Shown here: one piece after another, positions 24,376 to 36,669 of the stretch
Numbering within the stretch: position 1 is the stretch's first letter
Layout: every line of letters starts with the position of its first letter
From: Phoronis australis
Lineage: Eukaryota > Animalia > Phoronida
NCBI GenBank assembly: GCA_002633005.1
Contig: NMRA01000597.1
Coordinates: 1 to 52,956 of the forward strand
Direction of reading: 5' to 3'
DNA: 52,956 bases
Program-made: the position numbers and the translations under genes
Notes under the pieces: generated by a model
Databases searched by the model: none
Seen by the model: only the letters and a program-made list of their open reading frames with translations
What the model was told of the DNA's origin: nothing

Positions 24376-24516
24376 CTGACAGAGGACTAAGACTGTTTCA
24401 ATCTGTTTATGCACCAAACATGAGGAGCCGATGACGAGCTCATGTTTCATTGTCATTACGTCAGTTTTTTAATTCACTGTTCTTAATTTCGACAGAGATA
24501 CTAGATTATGAATTCA

Positions 24517-24764
24517 GCATAAAAATAGGGGGGGGCTCGAATTTTTGAGACTGGACCTTTTACTAAGATTCACGGGGTACATTCAGATGTATGAATTGTG
24601 CATTCACCGAATTTTGGTAATTCCTGCCTATTTAGTGGATATTTGTTCCGTTTTCGACTTTTTTCGGAGATTTTGTTTCTCTGAGGTGGACCTTTTTGCC
24701 CACTTTGCCAAATGGGGGGGGGGCTCATTTGAGCCCCTGACCCCCACCACCGGGTGCGCGCATG
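24517..24764. mobile_element. MITE family A copy, inverted and with one end eroded
   Basis: Ends CGGGTGCGCGCATG; internal sequence is the reverse complement of 18251-18469. Confidence 0.75.
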
Positions 24765-26424
24765 CATCAGAATCTGTCTGACAAAGTCAACAAAAGTTTA
24801 GAGCCTATGCATTGCAAACTGCCATAACTCTAAAGCCCGGACATAATCGACACATCCAATTCAACTTCAACGCCAATTAGTGCCCAGCTGGACCTCGGTT
24901 GAAGCGTTCTCGTGAAAAACCAGTACGCGTTAACAACTGGTAGAATTGGAGTAGGTCCGTCCCGTACAACACAGCGATAGAATTCTCCTTTGTGCCGCAG
25001 GTAAGAATGCGCGTTGTTTTCATTGACCTATAATTTGGAATGTCAGGCACATATTCACAGTCGAAAACCGCCAAGGTATATGGCCATGGAATTATTTCTG
25101 ACTTCAACCGTTTAAAAGTACATCTCAGTTAGGTCAGTCCAACTCAGTCGCAGGGTTCTTCTGTGGGATCATTTCTCATTGTAATATTTATTTCAACTAC
25201 CGCACTAAAATATGTCGGCAAGACAGAAACAGTAACGTACTCCACTGCCGGATTTTGCCAGAATCCTAATCAAGTTAACGTATAAATAACAGTTCAGTTG
25301 GCCTTATTCACTACGGATGTGTACAAATGTAGACAACCGGTTGTCGGAATCTGTGCCCTGAGTGGCAACTTGTGAATGCTTTTTGTCATGAGAATCGGAA
25401 GTGTCTTCGTGTTTACAAATGGCGCTAACAAGTGAAAGCCGACAGCGCTAGCGTGCGGTTTGTAATTGCATAACTGGCAGTGCCCAACATCCTTTATGCA
25501 TTGGAGGGTACTCGTTTTATGATATTGTCGGTTTCATGGCCGAAAAACGCTTTTTAAGGTAATTGTTGTATATGATAGACTTTTTGAAGTTTTTGGTTGC
25601 GATTTTATTACATATTGCAAACTCTCGCCGTTGTCTGTCAGCCGCTTGGTGAAATAATGGTCTATGACATTACCGAGCAAATGTTCTACCATTTATTCAC
25701 TGGCTAGGTTTCCTCCGGCCTTCAGAGTGTAGGACTGTGACCCCTGAGTTTGTGGATCCAATTCCGCATTGTGTTGATCTTGGAAAATCATTTTTGAGTG
25801 ACATTATAGGCCTAGAATTGTATTCCAACACTCTGTTGTCGGAACGAAACCCCAAACCATGAATGGTAGAACATTTAAGTGGTGAAGTCACGGGCCTTGA
25901 TTTCACCAAACGCTAAAAGACAACGGCGAGAATTGGCGATGCGTAATAACAGAACTTGATAACGACGTAAAAGGAAGTGCAGCCTTGAAGGAAAAAAATC
26001 ACCCGGGTTGAAAACCTTATTTGTGCAATGCCTGGAACATCCCGAGATATTTAAGTCTGGATCTCGAGATCCTGAGGTAATTAAAAAAGAAACAAGAGAT
26101 GTCATCTTTAGGCCTCGGTACTTTCGAGTTGTTTGACAAACCATGTATTAGGTCTGTTTTAATAGTAAATTCTCATTTTCAGTCGGAATCAACAACTCTA
26201 GTAGTGCTCCATATGCCTCACTTACCTTTTTGCGATATGCAAAACAAGATAAACCATAAGCGACTAATACAGCTAATATCATCGCCAAGATGATGCACAG
26301 TATCACCATGGGATCAAGGAATTTCGTTGATGACGACTCGTCGTTCTCTGCCTCAAAATTAATATCTGAAACATTAGGTTATTTTATCGAGTTTAACTAG
26401 CACATAACGCTAAATTGACGTGAG

Positions 26425-26474
26425 AGACCGTCCGGAGTTGGTATATGGTGCAACTCCGGACGGTCTGGGGTTAA
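26425..26474. mobile_element. piggyBac-like terminus: perfect 16-bp hairpin followed by GGGG-TTAA
   Basis: AGACCGTCCGGAGTTG (26425-26440) / CAACTCCGGACGGTCT (26451-26466), then GGGGTTAA. The opposite end was not found. Confidence 0.5.
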
Positions 26475-28800
26475 AGGCACTATTTCCGCTTCATTTTTGT
26501 TAAAAACTTCATGAAACGGATCTTTACGCAAACACTTTTATTCGAAACCTAAGCCCAAATAATAGCCTTCGCCATGGCATCGAATTTTTTTATAATGAAC
26601 TGAATTTAATACAGATTTTTTTAGCTTAATTTTTCATTTTGTGTAGTGCACCAAGAAATGAATGGATGCCGGACGAAGTGTCAATCGAAGATTCGAGTGT
26701 CGAATATGAACTTGGAGTTTCGGTTAATCTCAAGATCGTATACAAGCCTACGTGAACTCGGAATACCCACTCAAATAATCACGTTCAAGCTACTATGATT
26801 AATTAACGGGTGAAATAAGTGCTCTTGTAACCAATAATTACAGAAATTTGCTACATTGAACAAAATATTCACCAGATTTGCCTAATGTGTATTTAAGTAA
26901 GACCTCTGGTTTACGCGATCTTCAGATTAAGCAAAATTCAAGTTCACGCATATCAAACAAGTAATGGCAGGCGTTCGGTATAAGATAGGTTGTCCTCCGT
27001 TGAAAAGGCTTACTGATCGTCCTCAAGTTGACTATTACCGCCGTAAAGTTTGAAATGAAGATCAGTTTGGGTGCTGGACTTATCTGCGATCCCAGATAGC
27101 TGTTACACGGTCTCAGTAAGGAAAGATTTTGATCGACAGGTAAGTCGTCAATGGATGTCCGAGGCGCACTTGTTACAGCAATGCTAACCATACTTAGTTT
27201 TCAGAATGTTGTGAAAGATTTATTTTACTGCCTAACAGTACACGATAGAGCACACCGACATTACAATATTCCTTTAGTAAAATCCTTGGTGTCTTTGACT
27301 GAGTATTTTTGCGTTATTTTACTGTTTTAGTTGTTTAGCCCTCGGGCTCGGTTTCGTACGGTCCACTTGTGTCGTGGATTAAATTTGAGCAAACAAAGAA
27401 GCCACATTTACAAGTCTTTCTCATGTAAAAGTAAGGGGACTCAAGGTAAGGGCTGTTGAAACCAATTAAGATTTGTTGTGTCATTGTGTGATCTAAGGCA
27501 TAACAGCAATCCTTGAGTAATAATCATTTAATAATCCTCTCTTTTGCGAATTCATGTCATCTTTGCAGTGTGTATAGACTCACAGTCTATACAGCCTGTT
27601 AGTGTTAGTGCTAGTCTTGATAATCTAGCAGCCCTACACAACTAACTAGTCTTGTGGTTGTTTATGTTAACTGACAGTCTATGCATGTAACCAGTTAGCC
27701 CTACTTTTGATACTCGCTCTCTGCAAGGCTAACTGTGTAAGTCTTGTAGTTGTATACAGGACATGCTGATAGTCAATACACCCGGCTAGTGGTAGTCTGG
27801 ATATTCCCAAATTGGTGGTTTGTATTAATGTTTTTTGTTGTTCTTCAGGGCGTTGCACCAGTCTTGACAGACAAGCATGAGTGGACTGCTCCACTGACAA
27901 CTGCCATCACTTTCAACTTGCCTAGCAGGGAGTTACTAGAAGGTGCTGATGAAGACAAATGAATTGAGAAGGGGTCATCTGACCATGGTGCATTCAAAAG
28001 AACCCAACATTGCTGAAGAATGCTTCGACATCAACAGCAGGTACCTATTCTAGCTTTGGATAATGGCACATTATAGCATTCTGTAATGTTAACAGCAACA
28101 GAAAGTGTATTGTATTTACCAAGGTATCAGCAGCCAATTAACTTCTCACGTTAACATGGATTTGTTTTTATGTTGTAGAACAAGAGATGTGTTGAGAATT
28201 TTCAACCTGCTGATTCTTATGTACTCTGGCAAGCGTTTTGCTACTCTCAAGGCCTTGTGTACCGGCTTACCAGAATTCTGCTAGCTATCAAGGAACACAG
28301 CAGGCCAGTCCTGGAAGATGAAGCTGGCAATGCAAGGTAATTAATATAACTGCGCCAAACATGCATTTTGGCTACTGGTGTGGCCACGACTCAGTTTTCA
28401 ACAGGGGTTTAAAACTAAATTGTAAGTGGCCATTAGCGGGGTAGTGCTAAAATGAGTGATAATTTAGGACTCTGCTAGAAACAAAGGGGCAAACACAAAT
28501 TGAGATGAGAAGACGTGGGAAGGCCTTTTCTGCAATGAACAAGCCATGCCACGTCCTGTTATGTCCCCAAGGCTACATCAGTGCAGCTTATGACAAAAAG
28601 ACCACCTGCAATGCTTACAAGAAAGTTGAATTTGATTGTTCCTTGAATGGGAGATGATTTAAATAACCAAAAATTGTGACATATGGATTAAAAATGTCCG
28701 AGTGTGCTCCATCATGTCCTGTGTGGGTGTACATTGTGTGTTTATTTTCATCCATGCAATGTTTCCTTGTCCATACCTATGTCGCATGATATCTCAAGAA

Positions 28801-28947
28801 CAGTGCTGTAGTGGGGCGTAGGCGCACGTAGGCGCAGCCAACCACCTTTTGGCATTTGAAGGTAGCGCTTACGCACCGTACAGTGCTCAAGGTGATACGG
28901 TGGGCTTTGGGCACCTACTTACCACAAATTTTACCACTTCAGCACTG
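28801..28947. mobile_element. hAT-type MITE with a perfect 8-bp TSD
   Basis: TIR CAGTGCTGTAGTGG / CCACTTCAGCACTG; CTCAAGAA at 28793-28800 and 28948-28955. Confidence 0.92.
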
Positions 28948-29133
28948 CTCAAGAAGGAAGTTTTGTTTGTATTTTGTGCTGAAGTTTAGATGACAGCCTT
29001 GACTTTGAATTCACGGTCACATTTAGAAAATCAATATTTTACTTGGAAAACATTTGCCCATGCAATTTTGTGTATTTACACAAAGGTGTAGGTGGCCTAT
29101 CTCCAGGTGTTAGTCACGTTTTGAAGGTCACAA

Positions 29134-29201
29134 TATGCAATTACATATCCCTGAACGCCGCATCTAATCCAGCAACCAACCAAGGGGTTACGTGTTGCCT
29201 A
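29134..29201. mobile_element. 68-bp mini-copy of the TAGGCAA...TTGCCTA family
   Basis: TATGCAATTACAT...GGGGTTACGTGTTGCCTA; flanks AGGTCACAA / AGGTCACTG (7/9). Confidence 0.7.
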
Positions 29202-31769
29202 AGGTCACTGTAGCATTTTCATTTCATTGACCTAATAGAAATGAAAATACAAAGACAGTTATTTTTGTGTTCACAAAGGTTGAGAGAGGCTTTCATTAAG
29301 ATTGGTTTCAAAATCATTACCATTTAAAATTATGAAAGCCTTGAAAACTATCACATCCTGATAGGCATAGCAGTGACACAGCTTTGAACATTAGGTGGCT
29401 TTCGGTCCTGGGCGGCAGCCCCAGGTGCAGGCCTTCATCTAGGTGGCATCTAGGGTGTCCAACTACACAACACGACATAAATTTAGACACATTAGGTAGG
29501 TCGCCCTATTTAGCTTTTGGACACCCAAGTAAAGTGTACCATTATTTTAGCTAACAACAGCCCTGGAAGCTAACTGTCCTGTCCGAATAAGAAAGTTAAG
29601 ACATGGTGTAAGATGGGATAGACTTTATTACAGACCACAGTAACGTTCCACACCATAATAGTGATTTGACTTAGGGTCATGGAAATAGTCAAGAGTAATT
29701 GGTCATGGATGCCTTCATTAATTAGAAAACTCATTTTGAATGCCCTATTCTTTAAATCGTGTATGAACCACCTGCTAAATGCTAATATGTGGTGGGGAAC
29801 AATTCAGCCACCCTGTGGCAAATGCTGTTATGTGTATTGTTTTCTCTTCTTGAAATGTGTGAAACTCTAATCACTTAATTAACTATATGTAGTAAATTTT
29901 TATATTTTGAATAACGAAAACATGTTATCCAGTGTTTGAAACGACTTCGAAAAAGTTTCTAAAACACTGAAAGAGGTGCATAATGTACTAAGTGTTTGTA
30001 GAGTTTCATGTTTCACACTCTTCATGTTTCAGGGTAAATCAATGCTGCTGCATTCATTTTCGTGTCTGGCAATGACATTGAAACAAGTGTTATTCTTTCT
30101 AGGGGAGCAACGTATCTTCAACAAGAAGAGCAGGAGATGGTTGTCCATTCCGGTGAAGGCTTCTAAGAGCTATGACGAGCTGATGATTGTGAAAACCCGG
30201 TTAAAAGAAATGTCAGACATGCACTGCCTCCTTGAACATAAAAGCAAAATGACTCCCACTTGTTGTCTGACAACATTGCCGTCTTCGAATGATTGCCATT
30301 AGTAGAAGTCAATGCGTCAAAGAAGCTGCCTGACAGAGGTTATTTAAGATGATATGGCAACTGGGTGTTATTCAGTCATGTGCTCTAGTTTGTTGCAGAG
30401 GGTCATCTGGTACTACAGTTTGGTTTATAGTCATGATACATCCAGTTATGCAGATGTTAACATGTTCAGTCAGGCCGTCGACCTTCAAACTCTGCCATGG
30501 GCAGTTTGTGTAGTGTCAATTTGGAAACTCAGGGCTTGTAATTTTCCTCTTTTAAGAAGATTTACTCTCTTTTGGTTTTGGTTTCCTCTTTATGTCTCTT
30601 TTTTATCATTATTTTATTATTTTTACTTCTATACCAAAAATCTCTATCAAAGACCCTAGTATTAATTTGTGGGATGATAAATCACCTGTCATTGATCATT
30701 CCAAGCCCTGAACCTTAACTTTGTGCAAACAATTTCTTTATGGAGCATTTGGTTTACAGAGACACTTTCTACATGGTGAGTAAGATAAAACTGGTAATAC
30801 CAGTTCAACTTGTGTTACCATTGGATAGTTTTCTTGATTCTTAACTATTTTCTCAGCCAAATGTGTAGTCAGTGGTTTGTCTTCAGGTGGGTCATAGAGA
30901 GGCGGATATTTGTATACAAGGGTCACCATAAAGCTTCTGTGTTACGTAAAATTATGTTTTTAGTGATTTTTTATTGCTTAGGCAATTCACATTCATATTA
31001 AAACCTGCATTTACCGTAGAAATCTTGAATTTGAGAGTGATGGTGTTGAACATTACAATATATATTTTGAATGGCTATGCTGTTGGGTTAGAGGTTGTGC
31101 TTGTAAGTAAGGTGTGTTACATGAGTAGCAGATTACTCGCGATTGGTAATTGCAAAAGCTATGGAACTTTAAATCAGAAAACGTTGCAACTTCTGATTAT
31201 GGGCCATGGCCAAACAACCAGGAGACTATGTCTGTTGCAAGGATATCTTGTTTTGTTAATTTTGTCCAATCATCTTTCTGTCACCTGCTAATGCATCTTT
31301 GGCGTTAATCAGCAAAGACAAAAGCAGGAATCAACTAAAAACTTATACCCATATCTCACAAATTAGACATTATGTTCCTTGGTCGGTGGCCTTTCCCACA
31401 GTTGCATGCAATTTGCTAAAAGCGTACGTCTTGCTTTTACTGTTTAGCAGACTTTGAATTTTTTTGGAAATTTTCCTCCAAGTTTTGAGGGTTTTCGATG
31501 GTTACAGAGCATTAATTTGTTGCGATTTTAGTATTTCACATTATTTTGAAAAGTTAATCCATTACTGTTTTTTCGAAATTGGGGCCGTTGCCCTACATGA
31601 CGTTAACTAATTTAAGAATGCTTTAGGTTCTTGTTGCAAGTCAAAATCCAAATGGACTTTTTATACTAGACTAAGAAGTAAAAAGTTCACTCTGACAGTT
31701 GTGCTTTCATCTCACAAAGTAACAATTGTGCACAAGAAGGTTTCAGTGCTCAGCTACAATTGTTGTATA

Positions 31770-32640
31770 GTCTGTATGTCCCAATAAAGTCTGTGAATAT
31801 TTTTGTCCAAACACAACTGTGCAACTCTGTCCACATGTCTCCCAAGATGTCCATGTTGCCCCAAGATAAAGTTTCTGTATGCCTGATGTCAATTAGACGC
31901 ATTCTGATCAGTCTCTGGCTTCAGTGTCATCACATTTCGTTGTAGCTTGTCTAAGGCAAGTACACCTTCTCCAGGCAAAACACTTGGAAATCCTGAAAGC
32001 ATTGGTAAAATATATTATCGTGCGGTTTCGCATTGCTGTAGAATGATAAGGAACATTTGTCTCTTGTAAATGAATTATATACAACAACTGGTTGATTGGG
32101 GTTGACATCCTATATTGAACAATCAAAACGTATAGAATTATTTTCATTATTGCAGACTGAACTCGCCAATACTTTTGTAAATTGACCTTTGGTTGGTTTT
32201 GGATGGGATTAGCTACTGAGATTTGATTTGAGTTCTTGGCCAAAGATTTGTTTTTCTTCAAAAAGTGATTTGAATTGTGTGGCTGTATATCTGTTTAAAC
32301 CAATTGAAGACTCAAAACTAAAGTAGCTATAAGAGTCTTTGAGGTCCTGGTGACATTAATATGAATACCCTTAAAATGAAAAAAAGCAGACCAAAAAAGT
32401 ACTAAACAATTTTGTAAAATGTTTCCCACTGATATATGTAGTCAATACTAAAAACTTTGTAGTGATTAAATTTTTAGACAACGGCTTAGTGCACTTACAG
32501 GTAATAATGAAACGCAGTTAGCAGATTGCTTCCCACAGCACACTTTTATTTCTGGTTGGCATTTCTTGACACCTGTGACACGGGCACCATGATGGATCTT
32601 CTGATGGTGCTGGGTAAGGATCCAGTGAAGTGACCTCTGG
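31770..32640 (-). pseudogene. Cys-rich P2X7 C-terminus (ballast)-like second ORF of the Kolobok element, decayed, two exons (~32640-32499 and 31992-~31770)
   Basis: PSWCPCHRCQEMPT..(fs)CCGKQSANCVSLLP|GTAAGT, then DFQVFCLEKVYL...NASN*HQAYRNFILGQHGHLGRHVDRV..SCVW. This matches the WCxCxxCxxM...CC...HxAYRxF....GxLG..R...SCV signature. Confidence 0.75.
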
Positions 32641-32694
32641 TAGCCTAAATTCTAGACGCGGGGGTCTTGCTTGGCGACATCCAACATTAGGTCT

Positions 32695-33516
32695 NNNNNN
32701 NNNNNNNNNNNNNNNNNNNNNNNNNNNNNNNNNNNNNNNNNNNNNNNNNNNNNNNNNNNNNNNNNNNNNNNNNNNNNNNNNNNNNNNNNNNNNNNNNNNN
32801 NNNNNNNNNNNNNNNNNNNNNNNNNNNNNNNNNNNNNNNNNNNNNNNNNNNNNNNNNNNNNNNNNNNNNNNNNNNNNNNNNNNNNNNNNNNNNNNNNNNN
32901 NNNNNNNNNNNNNNNNNNNNNNNNNNNNNNNNNNNNNNNNNNNNNNNNNNNNNNNNNNNNNNNNNNNNNNNNNNNNNNNNNNNNNNNNNNNNNNNNNNNN
33001 NNNNNNNNNNNNNNNNNNNNNNNNNNNNNNNNNNNNNNNNNNNNNNNNNNNNNNNNNNNNNNNNNNNNNNNNNNNNNNNNNNNNNNNNNNNNNNNNNNNN
33101 NNNNNNNNNNNNNNNNNNNNNNNNNNNNNNNNNNNNNNNNNNNNNNNNNNNNNNNNNNNNNNNNNNNNNNNNNNNNNNNNNNNNNNNNNNNNNNNNNNNN
33201 NNNNNNNNNNNNNNNNNNNNNNNNNNNNNNNNNNNNNNNNNNNNNNNNNNNNNNNNNNNNNNNNNNNNNNNNNNNNNNNNNNNNNNNNNNNNNNNNNNNN
33301 NNNNNNNNNNNNNNNNNNNNNNNNNNNNNNNNNNNNNNNNNNNNNNNNNNNNNNNNNNNNNNNNNNNNNNNNNNNNNNNNNNNNNNNNNNNNNNNNNNNN
33401 NNNNNNNNNNNNNNNNNNNNNNNNNNNNNNNNNNNNNNNNNNNNNNNNNNNNNNNNNNNNNNNNNNNNNNNNNNNNNNNNNNNNNNNNNNNNNNNNNNNN
33501 NNNNNNNNNNNNNNNN
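32695..33516. other. Assembly gap (822 N)
   Basis: Run of N; the ORFs spanning it are artefacts. Confidence 1.
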
Positions 33517-34228
33517 AATTTTAGTGATATCTTTCGATTGGCAAAGCTCAATTGGTGATCTAAGCAGGCGAAAGTAAAGGAAATAGTGACTTCAGAAAAC
33601 CACAGTTCAACTGTGAGTTTACACCAATGTGGTAAACGAGAGTAGTTCTACTTGCTGCGTCAGCTGCAGGTCTCTTTTATGACACACAACGTGTGACTGG
33701 GCAAAGCGTTTTCTACATAATGTGGATAAATCAGTGGAGCGTGAGACCCCTGAGGTCCCTGTCAAGTCCTCACGACAATTCTACTGTATGTTATGAGGTG
33801 CTTGAATATAAATCTGTGCTGAATATCAGTGCCTGGTACTACTGTCTGGCAGTTGCTTACCAAAATCACAGCGAATTCCAAAGAGGAGTTTCTGCTTGAT
33901 TGAATTGGTGGAACAAGGTTAACCAACAGACACTGGATAAGATAACGTGGCTGTCGTAGCGGAAGACGCTGTGATGCCTACCCTCTTTCACAGTGCCGGC
34001 ATTGCTCATCTCTTGATTTCGACATTGATCTGTTCACATTCTGGTGTGTGTTTAATAGAAAGTTTGAAACTTTATTCTAAGGATGGGAATTTCTTCTAAT
34101 AAAGGCTTGTTCCATTGGTACGTAAAACATAATGGGCGATGCGTGATGGGAATGTGCATGCTTATTCGATACGATGTTCGTCTATTTCCTTGTGACGTTA
34201 TCGTGTACATAGAAAAATAAGGGGTACC

Positions 34229-34480
34229 ATGAAAAATCATACACATGAGCAACGCATCTTACACACAAACCACCAGAACTGTGAACCATGCATACGAACC
34301 CATGAACCATACAAACGAACCAAAAGTCATGTATACGAACAAAATCATGCCCACGAACCCCAAAAATCAAACACACACGAACACAAATCATACGGACGTC
34401 GAGCAACCGAATCACACACACAGGAACCACCAAATGATTAAGTGTTCGTGCATGTGATTCGGTGCTCGTGTGTATGATTT
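34229..34480. repeat. Degenerate short-period CA-rich repeat (CATACACGAAC-like) with a terminal foldback
   Basis: Recurrent ACACGAAC/AAAATCAT motifs; GAGCAACCGAATCACA pairs with TGTGATTCGGTGCTC. Confidence 0.6.
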
Positions 34481-34481
34481 T

Positions 34482-35933
34482 GACTCCCGCACTTTCAAAA
34501 CAGCGAACCGCACTGAAAAACAGGAACCCCGACCTTTAAAACAGGAACTCCGGGAATCGGACAGCACACCCGGGGACCAAAACACCACTCCCGCACTTTC
34601 TGTCAAGCATTGCTTCATGAAAAATAAATCTTCCTACTTTAACTACTTGTTGTGATATGTTGCTTTACTATATGAGAATTTTAGGCAACTCATGACGGAT
34701 TGGCGTTCTACGTTATTCTACTACTAAAGTTGTAATCTTTTGTGTCAGCTTTCGGCGCCATGAAATATTGCGTGACCTATTGGGCTGTTTCTTTTTCCCC
34801 CAATTCTTCAATCAACTGTTCTTCTTCCACGAGGTTGCGTCACAACAAATTAATCAACAATGGCAATCGAAAGTCGAAATAATATCTTTGTTCATGATTT
34901 TTGAAAATATTTTTGAAGGAACTATTGAATAATCTGAAATTAACGAAATATTCACCGAGATAACATGTTGAGAGTATAGACCGTGGTGATTTTCGCCTAC
35001 AGACAAGTTGCACGAGTTTAACCGATAAAATCAAATGATCAGATTAATATAATTTATCCCATACGGGTTGAATCAGTCGAGTGCAATACGGCCATGCGAT
35101 ATTGTTTTCCGTATTCCTCTCCCGCACTACTTCAACAGTGTCCTCTGACATGGAAAGTTCAAAAGGAAGGTCAATGTCGACTCGACGTCGTTAGCAAGTT
35201 CGATCATCAAACTTTCCTAAAACAGTGTAAAGTAATACAATTGCAGCAGTATAAATAGCACTCAACATGCAATCAGGTCCCAATCGTATCATCTGGAGCA
35301 AAACAGTTTGTCTCAGTTTTCAATTGCTAAATATTAATCGTCTGCAACTCAAGAGCCGATTCCTCGGTAACTACAATATTAAATATTGTTGTTATTTAAC
35401 CACTTTCAGGAGATATTACAATTTCAGTTTCCGTTGTTTTCATCGTTGTTACCTCTTTTCAAGTAATAAATATTACAATTAAAACGGTTTCTTTTACTAG
35501 AGAAAGCTTGCAGCCTAACGCGCAAGTACATTTACATAGGATGTGATCCGCCACGTGAACAGTCTGAGGGAAGAATTTAAATAATTTGCCCAAAAATGAA
35601 AGAAACTTAGGAATTCGAAGCGTATGGGAAAAATACAACTCAACATTATTCCGCGAAGGTCTCGGTCGATACGCGGAATAATGTCTCGTGGGATACTACT
35701 TCATCTACGCCACTCTCGGTGCGTTTTGTGCATATAAGTTACGTTTTATTATTGACAATTTCTAACAAACAATTGCAGAAAACAAGTGGAAAGTACTTGA
35801 AGATGCTTTAACTCAAAGTTTGAGGCTACTGACAACGGTCCGGGTTTCCTGTCTGATTATGGGATTCCTGTTTTTTCAAAGGCCTGGGTTCGTGTTTTTC
35901 GGGCTGGTTAGCTGTTTTGAATGTGCGGGAGTT
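34482..35933. repeat. Inverted pair of ~95-bp repeats (34482-34577 and 35836-35933)
   Basis: ACTCCCGCACTTTCAAAACAGCGAACC...AAAAACAGGAACCCC...CCCGG is the diverged reverse complement of CCGGGTTTCCTG...GGTTAGCTGTTTTGAATGTGCGGGAGT. Confidence 0.75.
35637..35750. repeat. Hairpin-ended repeat fragment (HINE-like end), shared with ~5826-5900
   Basis: Palindrome CATTATTCCGCG...CGCGGAATAATG followed by TCTCGTGGGATACTACTTCATCT...GCCACTCT, which is also seen from ~5845. Confidence 0.55.
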
Positions 35934-36454
35934 TGTTCTGGACTCTGGGATATCTGTTTTATACCAGAGTTCCTGTTTCGATGGAACACCCTGTCAAGTC
36001 TACTTTGAGGATAGCAGAATCTTTTTGTTGGCGAAATATATTATTCTGAAGAAAAAATTTTTGTCGATGTTTGGCAACTGCTAAATTGTGAGTCGTTTCT
36101 ATATTTGCTGTTTCCAATTATGAATATATAACGAGGACATTTCGAGCACTGGCACGATTTTCNCCGCCCTCCCCCACCAGAAACTAGTATGAGCCGAATA
36201 AAAAAAATCCCTCATCAGTTGTTCGTCTCATAAGGATTTTCTACCCCACCACGTAGTCGGACCAACTGTGGTTTCTTTTGTTGGTTTTGGCCTTGACGTA
36301 GGCGGTGTAGCACTGAAATAAGTAGGGTTATACCCTCCCCGGCCCCCTATGGTGCGCCTCCCATGCTTGATACAGTGTAACCCTTTGACATGACACAAGG
36401 ACACTCAGAAGGAGCGAACAAGGAAAAATACTTCGGAACCGGAAATATCAATAG

Positions 36455-36669
36455 CTAACTGTGGCAACTACCGTTGTTGAAGTCAACTGTTCCTTTCTCT
36501 ACATTTCTGTGTCTGCATGTCCGTGGGTGCGTTTCGTTGCCAGGGTCGTCGACTGCAAGGTTGTAGTTCCAGCACTTGATTTGGGCTCGGCAAGGTTCAG
36601 TTGATGACACAGTGTTGGAAAAGAATCCAGCAGAACACTGTTTGCAAATGACGTCTGAGGTGGGTGTAC
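36455..36669 (-). CDS. TNF receptor superfamily exon (end of CRD3 and CRD4); ends at a donor at 36472 or at the in-frame stop at 36455
   Basis: TTTTAATTCAG acceptor in phase 1 matches the upstream exon. GTPTSDVICKQCSAGFFSNTVSSTEPCRAQIKC...PGNETHPRTC is a typical TNFR cysteine-rich repeat. Confidence 0.9.

Larger units (their letters stand above)
27849..30325 (+). pseudogene. Kolobok-type transposase C-terminal remnant, three spliced segments (27849-28040, 28179-28336, 30103-~30325)
   Basis: DKHEW...K*IEKGSSDH; ENF..LLILMYSGKRFA...RPVLEDEAGNA; QRIFNKKSRRWLSIPVKASKSYDEL...DSHLLSDNIA. AG/GT boundaries are retained; several stops and frameshifts. Confidence 0.7.
26475..33591 (+). mobile_element. 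Decayed Kolobok-like DNA transposon (~7.1 kb including the gap)
   Basis: Left end TTAA|AGGCACTATTTCC; right end GGAAATAGTGACT|TCAG (12/13 inverted match, degenerate TTAA). Encloses transposase remnants on + and a second ORF on -. Confidence 0.7.

Noticed and set aside
32630-33577. Long ORFs of 295-315 aa
   Set aside because: They consist almost entirely of N from the assembly gap.
34182-34655. Several overlapping His/Thr/Asn-rich ORFs
   Set aside because: They are translations of a low-complexity repeat.
35070-35216. Death-domain reading ESLMIELANDV...ELSMSEDTVEVVRE
   Set aside because: It needs a frameshift, lacks the conserved Trp pattern and conflicts with the transmembrane reading; not supportable without a profile search.
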